This document shows positions 39,423 through 47,537 of a stretch of DNA of 64,000 nt, piece by piece (within the stretch, counting starts at the first letter, position 1; each line of letters begins with the position of its first letter). The translations under genes were made by a program, and so were the position numbers. Origin of the DNA: Candidatus Latescibacterota bacterium (GTDB lineage Bacteria > Latescibacterota > UBA2968 > UBA8231); NCBI GenBank assembly GCA_965203175.1, contig OZ241867.1:3520001-3584000 (forward strand), given 5' to 3'. The notes below the pieces were generated by a model. It made no database searches and had not been told where the DNA came from. It saw only the letters and a list, made by a program, of their open reading frames with translations.

Positions 39423-40250
39423 TTGGATCGAATAGCGACCTATTACAACAGAAAGAACGAGACCCAGCGTCTCTTTAGTGGCCGGGGTGAGCTAGAATTC
39501 CTCCGCACTAAACAGATCATAGAGCAGTTCCTCCCCGATGAAACTGGTTTGTCGATAGCGGATGTTGGTGGAGGATCTGGACCGTACGCGTTCTGGCTTG
39601 CCGAGAAGGGGCACAAGGTCGCCTTGTTTGATTTGATGCCGAACCATGTTGAAGAGGCCGCGTCGATCAACGAGAAAGCGCCAAATCCGCTCACTCGAAT
39701 CGAGACTGCCGATGTGCGATCCCTTGAACTAGAGTCTCAGCAGTATGATGTAGTCCTACTTTTGGGACCCATGTACCATCTCACCGATGCAAACGAGCGC
39801 AGTCTAGTGCTGCGGAAAGTCGCCGATTGGCTTTCTCCCAACGGTGTCGGATATGTAGCATATATTTCGAGGTTTGCGTCGATGTTGGATGGTTTCATAA
39901 GTGGCTTATTTGAGGATCCGGAATATCTGGATATTGCGCGGCAAGACTTAGAAACAGGTGTCCACCGTCCCAACAAGGACAATACCAAATACTTTACTGA
40001 TGCCTATCTTCATCACCCGGATGAGATCGAACGGGAAGCTGAGGAGGCACATTTACAGATCGTGGACCACGTCGCCATTGAGGGTGTGGAGTGGTTATGG
40101 CAGAATTTTGATCAAATTTGGTCGGATCCGCGACAACGGACTATCATGCTCGAGATGATAGACCGAACCGATCGAGATCGCTCTATGTTGGGTGCGAGTG
40201 GCCATATTCTTCTTGTTGTGAAGAGAGGACCAATCATCGATGGAAACTGA
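39423..40250 (+). CDS. Class I SAM-dependent methyltransferase
   Basis: DVGGGSGPYA and DVVLLLGPMYHL motifs. Confidence 0.9.
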   Translation: MDRIATYYNRKNETQRLFSGRGELEFLRTKQIIEQFLPDETGLSIADVGGGSGPYAFWLAEKGHKVALFDLMPNHVEEAASINEKAPNPLTRIETADVRSLELESQQYDVVLLLGPMYHLTDANERSLVLRKVADWLSPNGVGYVAYISRFASMLDGFISGLFEDPEYLDIARQDLETGVHRPNKDNTKYFTDAYLHHPDEIEREAEEAHLQIVDHVAIEGVEWLWQNFDQIWSDPRQRTIMLEMIDRTDRDRSMLGASGHILLVVKRGPIIDGN

Positions 40251-40620
40251 ACTTACTGCCGAAGATCGGCAACTCCTGCAGCACCTAGAAGAAGAACTGT
40301 GGCGAGCGGAAACGCGTTTCGACTTATCGAGAATGGAGGAAGTCATCGCCGAGGACTTCTTCGAGTTTGGCAGGTCTGGGCGTATCTACCAGCGCGCCGA
40401 CACGCTTGCGGTACCTTCAACGCCCATAGAAGCGGTGATTCCACTTCCAGACTTTGAGGCGCGTCTTCTTTGTGAAGGTGTCGCACAGGTAACGTACAAT
40501 AGTGTTGTCACCTATGGCGAAAATATCGAGGAGGCACGAAGGAGCTCAATCTGGACGCGATCGTCTGGTGGTTGGAAGCTGAGGTTCCATCAAGGGACCC
40601 CATTTTCGAGTGACGATTGA
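40240..40620 (+). CDS. DUF4440 / NTF2-like protein
   Basis: DFFEFGRSG and RSSIW....GWKLRFHQGT motifs. Confidence 0.88.
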   Translation: METELTAEDRQLLQHLEEELWRAETRFDLSRMEEVIAEDFFEFGRSGRIYQRADTLAVPSTPIEAVIPLPDFEARLLCEGVAQVTYNSVVTYGENIEEARRSSIWTRSSGGWKLRFHQGTPFSSDD

Positions 40621-40650
40621 GCGGGCTTCTCAATTGAAAGAGAATCGGGT

Positions 40651-40705
40651 GCAGAACCAATAGTTGATGTCAGTTCGCGGGTTCGTGGGGCCGAGAACGT
40701 TAAAT
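40651..40705 (+). other. Chimeric or shortened attC-like site
   Basis: GCAGAAC...GCCGAGAAC-GTTAAAT; right half matches the attC at 44890-44983. Confidence 0.55.
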
Positions 40706-40734
40706 GAAATAGCATAGAACGAGTCTGAATGTTT

Positions 40735-41229
40735 ATGGAGCGCATCAATTTCGAACGAGTAGTTCCAACCGACCTGAACCGATTTCGTCCACTCGTTGAA
40801 GCGTACTGGCTGGAGATCATGCCACATGCAGATACGGTATGTACATCTGATGGTCGGGATTCGTATTCCGCAGATCGATTTCCCCTTTCCAACACGGAAC
40901 CAAGGGTATTTTGGGGGCTAAGCGGAGGATCCCCGGTGGGATTTATTTCATTCGCCATCTCTGGCACTAGCGCAAAGATAAACGACTTCTACGTCGTTCC
41001 TTCCAAGCGCAGGAGGGGCATTGGGACGTTCTTGGTAAAATCAGCCATAGAAATTACCGACAGCATGGGAGTTGACCGGATCGATTTAAATGTCCGGCGA
41101 GACAATCCAGCAGCTTTGAAATTCTGGGAAGCACAAGGATTTATGATTGGGCACTACGAACTGATTCAATACCGAGATCCGGAAAAGCGAATTGGATTTC
41201 GAGGAGCTCTTTCCTCTGATTTCGTGTAG
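40735..41229 (+). CDS. GNAT family N-acetyltransferase, copy 1
   Basis: FYVVPSKRRRGIG acetyl-CoA motif and N.AALKFWEAQGF. Confidence 0.92.
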   Translation: MERINFERVVPTDLNRFRPLVEAYWLEIMPHADTVCTSDGRDSYSADRFPLSNTEPRVFWGLSGGSPVGFISFAISGTSAKINDFYVVPSKRRRGIGTFLVKSAIEITDSMGVDRIDLNVRRDNPAALKFWEAQGFMIGHYELIQYRDPEKRIGFRGALSSDFV

Positions 41230-41273
41230 TTGTGACGTTTTTTTTACTGTAAAGCGTGGCGTCTCGTCGCTCT

Positions 41274-41540
41274 TTAAATCGTCGTCGCCAAAAATCCTCC
41301 GTCAACGCGGATATCCGTACCGGTGACGAAGCCGCTGGCCGCGTCCGACGCGAGGAACACCGCTGCGCCGACCAGGCCCTCGGGACGGCCAAAGCGGTCC
41401 ATAGGCGTGTGGGAGAGGATTTGTTGGCCGCGCTCGGTTGGGGTACCGTCGTCTTCAAAGGGCAAGCGGCGGTTTTGCTCGGCAGGGAAGAAGCCCGGGG
41501 TGATGGAGTTGACCCGCACGCCTTTGTCGGTCTACTCCCG
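41274..41540 (-). pseudogene. 3' fragment of an SDR oxidoreductase, copy 1
   Basis: VRVNSITPGFF...TPMDRFGRPE.LVGAAVFLASDAASGFVTG..IRVDGG; no N-terminal Rossmann motif; TGG>TAG stop. Confidence 0.9.
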
Positions 41541-41642
41541 CACTGAGATCGGACGGCCTTGTCCTCTCAGCCGCTCGTTGCGATTGCTACTATGCACCAA
41601 GAGACGTACCTTCGTTTCGCATAAATGGCATCTAGCGGCCGT

Positions 41643-41678
41643 TACCTGAACCAATTGTTCGGGTACAAGCAGTTATTG
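41643..41678 (+). other. Palindrome and candidate attI-like site 1
   Basis: TACCTGAAC-CAATT-GTTCGGGTA; CGGGTAC-5 bp-GTTATTG simple-site geometry. Confidence 0.5.
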
Positions 41679-41722
41679 GTAATTGGGATAAATCGGTGAT
41701 TCGATGTAGAAGGGATTTTTAT

Positions 41723-42328
41723 ATGAATGGAAGGCAGCTTAACAACCGATGGAAAGTTGGTGTAAAACATTCTCTTTATAGAGAGTCGGGAGACTGGTAT
41801 CATCAGTTAAAGAGGTTTCCTGGGGCTTTTTTTGATAAGAATGGTTATGTCATATTCAATACAGAGGAAGAGTATAGAAGTTGCCCATATCTACAGATTA
41901 AGCGGGATGTTCATGTGCCTAGTGGCATCTCAGATATGCCCAACTATGTGAGAGTTATAATAAATGGGGAAGAAGTGCTCCCTACACAATCGACCAATGT
42001 CGGCGAAAAAGAAACATATTACGAAGGCAAACTCAAAGAAGTAATTCTTACCAAATACGAGAGGGATCCGAAAGCAAGAGCTAAATGCTTGGAAACGTAT
42101 GGTACGAACTGCACTGTTTGCATGATGAATTTCAAGGATAAATATGGAGAAATTGCCCAAGATATTATTCACGTTCATCACTTAACACCTTTAGCCGTAC
42201 AGAACCAAGAACATATTATCGATCCTATAAAGGATTTACGCCCTGTTTGTCCTAATTGCCATTCTGTAATACATAAAAGGAATCCACCTTTTTCTATTCA
42301 GGAAGTTAGAGCTAAGCTACTCAACTAG
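41723..42328 (+). CDS. McrA-like HNH endonuclease with an unassigned N-terminal domain (gene cassette)
   Basis: YERDPKAR..C..CTVC..F...YG, HVHHL.PL and DLRPVCPNCH motifs; AT-rich. Confidence 0.9.
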   Translation: MNGRQLNNRWKVGVKHSLYRESGDWYHQLKRFPGAFFDKNGYVIFNTEEEYRSCPYLQIKRDVHVPSGISDMPNYVRVIINGEEVLPTQSTNVGEKETYYEGKLKEVILTKYERDPKARAKCLETYGTNCTVCMMNFKDKYGEIAQDIIHVHHLTPLAVQNQEHIIDPIKDLRPVCPNCHSVIHKRNPPFSIQEVRAKLLN

Positions 42329-42345
42329 TAATGAATATCCACTAC

Positions 42346-42438
42346 CAATAACATATCCATTCACGCTGCGCACCATTCGGCGCTTGGGAGTATACCCATC
42401 CCGCATACGTGGGGCCGTGAATTGTGAGGACGTTAAGT
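42346..42438 (+). other. attC site of the HNH cassette
   Basis: CAATAAC...ATTCACG/CGTGAAT arms...GTTAAGT; TACCAATAAC is the exact reverse complement of the cassette start GTTATTGGTA. Confidence 0.85.
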
Positions 42439-42461
42439 GAAAAACCAAAAGGAGAGAAGCA

Positions 42462-42828
42462 TTGCAGCGGCGTAGACGACAAACCCACTCGACGGAAATC
42501 AAGGGTCAGCGGTACATCTGGTACACGGATCGGCTATGGAAGCTAGCTCAAGAAACTACCCGAATTTGAAGTCGAGGTGGAGAGTTTTCAGGAACTAGAC
42601 CAAGACTGCTGGTTTGGCACGGGTCGTACGCCGACCATCCGAGAGGTGGCCGCTCACTGCAAACGAATCAACGAGGCCAACACCGACTTTCCCGTTGTTA
42701 TAAACGAGAACGGCCGTCTGATGGACGGCGGTCACCGTCTGGCTCGAGCCTTGCTTGAAGGGACTGCAACGATCAAGGCTGTCCAATTTGCACAGATGCC
42801 TGAGCCAGACGCCATCGAAGATATTTGA
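42462..42828 (+). pseudogene. ParB/Srx-like small protein, frameshifted (gene cassette)
   Basis: RBS then TTG; an extra A in CAAGAAACTA breaks the frame; C-terminal PVVINENGRLMDGGHRLARA motif. Confidence 0.75.
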
Positions 42829-42844
42829 TAGTGACCATCGCTTA

Positions 42845-44039
42845 AGCGTAGTATCAACTAATTATTGTGAGAATTTGTCATCTACTGTTGTGAGAATCGG
42901 GGATGTATGCAATCCGAATGTGTCGATTCTTTCGTCGGTTCCGTCCTCGCAGATGGGCACTAATGCGGTGCTGTGTGGTCTTGGCATCCGCATCGTCGCT
43001 GTTGTCCAGCATCATCTGCTGGATATCGCTGAAGAGGGTTTCGACCGGATTATCATCCGGACTGCCTTTGGGTAAGCTGATCCAATGCAACTTCAACGTG
43101 CGCATGACTCGACGCGTCTCTTTCGATTTGCGCGGATGCGCTGGATCTTGATCCAAGATGATCCACACTGGTATGTCCGGATACCACGGCCGAATCCGCC
43201 GCATAAAACGGCCCACATAGGAGGAATCTTTGCCCTCATAAAAGGCCCAATGGACGCGACCACTCCCTACCTCATACAGCAAAAACAAATAGAATCGGCC
43301 GCGCGTCTTTTGCCGACGCTCCAGCACCAAGCGTTGCGCCGAGGTATAGCGTCGTCCCCCATACGCTTTGACGACCACCGGCTTGACATCGAAAAAGACC
43401 AAGACGCCCTCGTCGGGCACATGCCGCCAGCGCCAACGAATGCGGGCGAGAATGGCTGGACGCTGGGGATCGCTACTGATTAGCTTACGCTGGACATGCC
43501 GTAAACGGAACCCCCTTTTTTCAAAATGCGTCGAATATATTCACAACTTATTTTGGAGACTATGTGTTGCCGAATCAGATACGTGCGCAGCTTGGAAAGC
43601 GACCAACGTCCATAGGGCAAGCCTACCTCACAGGGAGGCTGCTCGGCCAGGCGACAGATGGCGGCCTTTTGCTCGGTGGTCAGACGAACAGGCCGACCGC
43701 GTTGGGTGGACTGCTCTATACTAGCCAGCCCCCGCTGATTAAAGGCATGCAAATCGGCGTAGATCGTATTGGGGTGGACTTCCAAGGTCTGGGCAATCTC
43801 CGTAGCGTTCATACCTTCGTTATACAGCAAAATAGCCTGTGCGCGACGCTGTTGAGCGGTTTCCAGTGGCTCCTCCACCCAGAGCAGAAGGCGTCCAATT
43901 TCAGCCGCGCAGGGTTTGCGTAATTTCAAAGGACGAGCCATAGTTGACCTCCGATTCTAAAAGAGGAGAGGAAAGGATGCCAATCTATTTTAACATATTT
44001 AGTTGACAAATTCTTACCTCATTTTGTTGATACTACGCT
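42845..44039 (-). mobile_element. IS630 family insertion sequence
   Basis: TIR AGCGTAGTATCAAC/GTTGATACTACGCT, TA duplication on both sides, HTH ORF plus DDE ORF. Confidence 0.92.
42878..43941 (-). CDS. IS630 transposase in two overlapping frames (probable -1 frameshift)
   Basis: ORF A 43480-43941 (HTH, RWSL..L); ORF B to 42878 (FFD, ILDQ, LPKGSPDDNPVE); slippery AAAAAAGGGGG at the junction. Confidence 0.85.
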
Positions 44040-44123
44040 TAACAGCGGGTTAATGCTGCGTAGCCTTCGCCGCTTGGCCCTAATAGGCAACTTCGGAATT
44101 CATCAATCCGCACAACTTTATAG
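44040..44123 (+). other. attC site of the ParB-like cassette, split by IS630
   Basis: Empty site restores GCTTAAC; arms GCGGGTTAATG/CATCAATCCGC; core degenerate (TTTATAG). Confidence 0.75.
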
Positions 44124-44181
44124 GCCCTGACCACCGCTTTCTGCGCTCTGTTTCGATCTTCGTATGGTATTTTCCCTATGC

Positions 44182-44209
44182 TTGACAAGTGTACCATAAT
44201 TGGTACATT
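44182..44209 (+). promoter_or_regulatory. TA promoter with palindromic operator
   Basis: TTGACA-16 bp-TACATT overlapping TGTACCA-TAAT-TGGTACA. Confidence 0.75.
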
Positions 44210-44214
44210 GGAGG

Positions 44215-44568
44215 ATGATGAACAGAGACAAGCCGCTGCCAGTTCGCTTCTTCCGTACGACGACAGGGCGTGAGCCGGTGAGAGCATGGCTGCGCAGCCT
44301 GGATCGAGAGGCGAAGAGGATCATTGGTGCGGACATCAAGACCGTTCAGTTTGGGTGGCCCCTTGGAATGCCGCTGGTACGCAAGCTTGAGAGCGATCTT
44401 TGGGAGGTCCGTAGCACCCTGCCCAATTCGATAGCCCGAGTAGTCTTTACGGTCTACGAAGGGACGATCCTCCTGCTGCACGGTTTCATCAAGAAAAGTG
44501 AGAAGATCCTCGCCAACGATCTCACTTTGGCACGATCCAGATTAGCGATGCTCCGGGAGGCACGATGA
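44215..44568 (+). CDS. RelE/ParE (HigB-like, Gp49/DUF891) toxin
   Basis: GREPVRAWL, GWPLGMPLVRKL..DLWEVR and LLHGFIKKS motifs. Confidence 0.9.
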   Translation: MMNRDKPLPVRFFRTTTGREPVRAWLRSLDREAKRIIGADIKTVQFGWPLGMPLVRKLESDLWEVRSTLPNSIARVVFTVYEGTILLLHGFIKKSEKILANDLTLARSRLAMLREAR

Positions 44569-44843
44569 AAAGACATGTCGGCAGCAGTTTTGATGAATTC
44601 CTCGCAGAAGAGGGCCTGCTCAGTGAAGCAGAGGCAACGGCCGTCAAACGCGTTATTGCCTATCAGTTGAGTCAGTTCATGGAGGAAAACAAGCTGTCCA
44701 AATCGGCGATGGCCAAGCGCATGCAAACTAGTCGGTCGGCGCTGGATCGTCTGCTTGACGCGTCCAATCCGTCCGTAACGCTACAGACCATGGATCGCGC
44801 AGCGCGGGCTCTGGGCAAAAAGCTCCGCATCGAGCTGATCTGA
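44565..44843 (+). CDS. XRE-HTH antitoxin (HigA-like)
   Basis: GSSFDEFLAEEG and MAKRMQTSRSALDRLLD..N.SVTL motifs; ATGA overlap with the toxin. Confidence 0.9.
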   Translation: MKRHVGSSFDEFLAEEGLLSEAEATAVKRVIAYQLSQFMEENKLSKSAMAKRMQTSRSALDRLLDASNPSVTLQTMDRAARALGKKLRIELI

Positions 44844-44889
44844 TTTCGCCTAAGGATTCGTCTTGTAGGCTATCGAATTTTTTCACGGC

Positions 44890-44983
44890 ATATAACACAT
44901 CGGTGTTGTGCTTTGTCGCCTTTCAGGCACCTTGGCCTCCGGCAACCCGCTTCGCAGGTTCGTAGGTGCCGAGAACGTTAAAT
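44890..44983 (+). other. attC site of the TA cassette
   Basis: ATATAAC...TCGG/CCGA arms...GTTAAAT; GCATATAAC complements the cassette start TTTATAGGC at 7/9. Confidence 0.7.
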
Positions 44984-45012
44984 GAAATAGCATAGAACGA
45001 GTCCGAATATTT

Positions 45013-45507
45013 ATGGAACGCATCAATTTCGAACGAGTAGTTCCAACCGACCTGAACCGATTTCGTCCACTCGTTGAAGCGTACTGGCTGGAGATCATGC
45101 CACATGCAGATACGGTATGTACATCTGATGGTCGGGATTCGTATTTCGCAGAGCGATTTCCTCTTTCCAACACGGAACCAAGGGTATTTTGGGGGCTAAG
45201 CGGAGGATCCCCGGTGGGATTTATTTCATTCGCCATCTCTGGCACTAGCGCAAAGATAAACGACTTCTACGTCGTTCCTTCCAAGCGCAGGAGGGGCATT
45301 GGGACGTTCTTGGTAAAATCAGCCATAGAAATTACCGATGGCATGGGAGTTGACCGGATCGATTTAAATGTCCGGCGGGACAATCCAGCAGCTTTGAAAT
45401 TCTGGGAAGCACAAGGATTTATGATTGGGCACTACGAACTGATTCAATACCGAGATCCGGAAAAGCGAGTTGGATTTCGAGGAGCTCTTTCCTCTGATTT
45501 CGTGTAG
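45013..45507 (+). CDS. GNAT family N-acetyltransferase, copy 2
   Basis: 160/164 aa identical to copy 1. Confidence 0.92.
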   Translation: MERINFERVVPTDLNRFRPLVEAYWLEIMPHADTVCTSDGRDSYFAERFPLSNTEPRVFWGLSGGSPVGFISFAISGTSAKINDFYVVPSKRRRGIGTFLVKSAIEITDGMGVDRIDLNVRRDNPAALKFWEAQGFMIGHYELIQYRDPEKRVGFRGALSSDFV

Positions 45508-45551
45508 CTGTGACGTTTTTTTCACTGTAAAGCGTGGCGTCTCGCCGCTCT

Positions 45552-45878
45552 TTAGATCGTCGTCGCCAAGAACCCCCCGTCAACGCGGATGTCCGTGCCG
45601 GTGACGAAGCCGCTGGCCGCGTCCGATGCGAGAAACACCGCCGCGCCGACTAACTCCTCGGGGCGGCCAAAGCGGTCCATGGGGGTGTGGGAGAGGATTT
45701 GTTGGCCGCGTTCGGTTGGGGTGCCGTCGTCTTCAAAGAGCAAGCGGCGGTTTTGCTCGGCGGGGAAAAAGCCCGGGGTGATGGAGTTGACCCGCACGCC
45801 TTTGTCGGCCCACTCCCGTGCGAAGACCGGAGGGCTTTGTCCGCTCAGCCGCTTGTTGCGATTGCGACTATGAGCCAA
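45552..45878 (-). pseudogene. 3' fragment of an SDR oxidoreductase, copy 2, in frame with an unrelated ~18-codon leader
   Basis: MAHSRNRNKRLSGQSPPV followed by FAREWADKGVRVNSITPGFF... Confidence 0.85.
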
Positions 45879-45917
45879 GAGAAAGTACCTTCGTTTCGCA
45901 TAAATAGCATCTAGCGA

Positions 45918-45955
45918 CTTGTACCCGAACTAATTGTTCAGGTACAAGCTTAAGC
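45918..45955 (+). other. Palindrome and candidate attI-like site 2
   Basis: CTTGTACCCGAAC-TAATT-GTTCAGGTACAAG followed by C-TTAAGC (TTRRRY). Confidence 0.5.
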
Positions 45956-46022
45956 GTAAGTGGGCCGACAGAGAGACAACGGGTCACACACTTCTGACAA
46001 TGGAGGGGCGCTGGAGGAATTC

Positions 46023-46376
46023 ATGTCGCGCTGTGGATTGTGTCTACAGGATCGTGTCCTGAGGAAAAGCCATTTGATGCCTAAGTCCCTGTACAAGGTA
46101 CTTAGGAACGCATTTCCAGAGTCTGGAAAGGACCTTGTGTTCTCCTCCATGGAAGAGAGAAGCAGTGTCTATACTGATAACCAAGTCGTGACACCCTTCT
46201 TGTGTGACGCTTGTGAAGGAATTTTGAGTAGGAAGGGTGAACAGACCGTGTGTAGAGAGTGCCATCGCGGCCATGGCAAGTTCATACTGCGAGATGAAGT
46301 CAAGAAGGCCTCGGCCATACTCACCGAGGGTGGTGAGAGGTGGATCAACCCGATCAAGGAAACTACAGATCTGAAC
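46023..46376 (+). pseudogene. Zn-binding HNH-like protein, 3' truncated by IS5
   Basis: CGLC...KSHLMPK and LCDACE motifs; frame runs into the IS TIR. Confidence 0.7.
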
Positions 46377-47536
46377 GGCGTTGTTGCATGAATCATATCT
46401 GGGGCATCATTGTCGAATGTTGTTTTTTGTTCAGTTGATTTTTTCTACTCGATACGACTGGGGTTTGCCCACATGGATCATTCGATTGAGGAGGGCACAG
46501 CCGAGGCGACTTTCGACCTGTTGGTTGATCCAGCTACGCGCCTTCAGCTTGTCGCCGATGAGGTGCTTATAGCGATAGATTTGCGTTTCGGCCAACGAGC
46601 GTCGATGATAGCCACTGGCCTGTTTCCACTCCTTGCGTCCCTTTCGTCGTATGGCCCGCAGGATTTCATCGCGCGCCAACGGGGGGACCTTACAATTACC
46701 ATGCTGATGGATTGTAGCGTCTTTGCGCAGTGCGATGATCGGCCGAATCGAGGGATCACTCCGCGTGGCCAAGGCGTCGAACACCTTCTGTTTGTCATAG
46801 GCCCCATCGCCGCCTACCGCCTCCACCGCCTCGTCGACTTGGGTCAACAGAGGGGCCACCTGCGAGGCATCATCGATCCGATGGGACGTCAACGTCTGCG
46901 CGACCACCTCGCCGGTGGCCTCGTTGACCCCCACATGCAGTTTGCGCCACGTGCGCCGTTTGGTCCAGCCGTGTTGACGGACTTTCCTCTCGCCCTCGCC
47001 ATAGACTTTCAAACCCGTCGAATCCACTACCAAGTGCATCGGGCTAGCCGGGCTATCGGGCTGCTTTTTCGGCAACTCCACCGCCAAGGCCCCTTGGCGA
47101 CGCGACAAGGTCGAGTAGTCCGGCACGGCCAAGGCCAACCCCATCAAGTCCAACAGCGATTGGATAAACCCCTGCGTCTGGCGCAACGGCAACCCAAGCA
47201 ACACCCGCATCGTCAACATCCATTCAATCGCTGGATCCGAATAGACAAACTGAGCACCCCGTTGCGATGGCCCCTGAGCATACCATTGCTTCCACAGACC
47301 ATCGTCCAGCCACACCGTCAGGCTACCACGAGCCACCAACGCCCGATTATACGACGACCAATTCTTAACCCGATACACCGGTTGCGACTTGACCGAGGGC
47401 GAACTGCCAGATACTTTGCTCATCACAGGCTCTTTGGGAAGAAAGGAACGTGTTTCTTGCTGGAAACCACGAACCAATCTAACCGAAGAGCCTGACTCAT
47501 TTCAAGACCCGAACACAGCTTTCATGCAACAACGCC
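46377..47536 (-). mobile_element. IS5 family (IS903 group) insertion sequence, copy 2, no TSD
   Basis: Same TIRs and identical translated ORFs as copy 1; flanks GATCTGAAC and TTTAATAGG differ. Confidence 0.96.
46431..47423 (-). CDS. IS5 family DDE transposase
   Basis: Protein identical to copy 1. Confidence 0.95.
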   Translation of the reverse strand: MSKVSGSSPSVKSQPVYRVKNWSSYNRALVARGSLTVWLDDGLWKQWYAQGPSQRGAQFVYSDPAIEWMLTMRVLLGLPLRQTQGFIQSLLDLMGLALAVPDYSTLSRRQGALAVELPKKQPDSPASPMHLVVDSTGLKVYGEGERKVRQHGWTKRRTWRKLHVGVNEATGEVVAQTLTSHRIDDASQVAPLLTQVDEAVEAVGGDGAYDKQKVFDALATRSDPSIRPIIALRKDATIHQHGNCKVPPLARDEILRAIRRKGRKEWKQASGYHRRSLAETQIYRYKHLIGDKLKARSWINQQVESRLGCALLNRMIHVGKPQSYRVEKIN

Positions 47537-47537
47537 T

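Larger units (their letters stand above)
40674..41670 (+). repeat. ~1 kb direct repeat, copy 1 (attC end + GNAT + SDR 3' end + palindrome)
   Basis: Aligns end to end with 44951-45949. Confidence 0.95.
44951..45949 (+). repeat. ~1 kb direct repeat, copy 2
   Basis: Aligns end to end with 40674-41670. Confidence 0.95.

Noticed and set aside
45926-45940. LexA (Cheo) box inside the platform palindrome
   Set aside because: Spacing is GAAC-N5-GTTC rather than N4, and the LexA motif of this lineage is unknown to me
45949-45958. IS630 end remnant (CTTAAGCGTA also at 42841-42850)
   Set aside because: The match stops after 10 bp and is better explained as a cassette core TTAAGC
35777-47536. Composite transposon bounded by the two IS5 copies
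   Set aside because: Copy 1 has its own TSD, and the outer flanks (ATTCTGTAT versus TTTAATAGG) do not match
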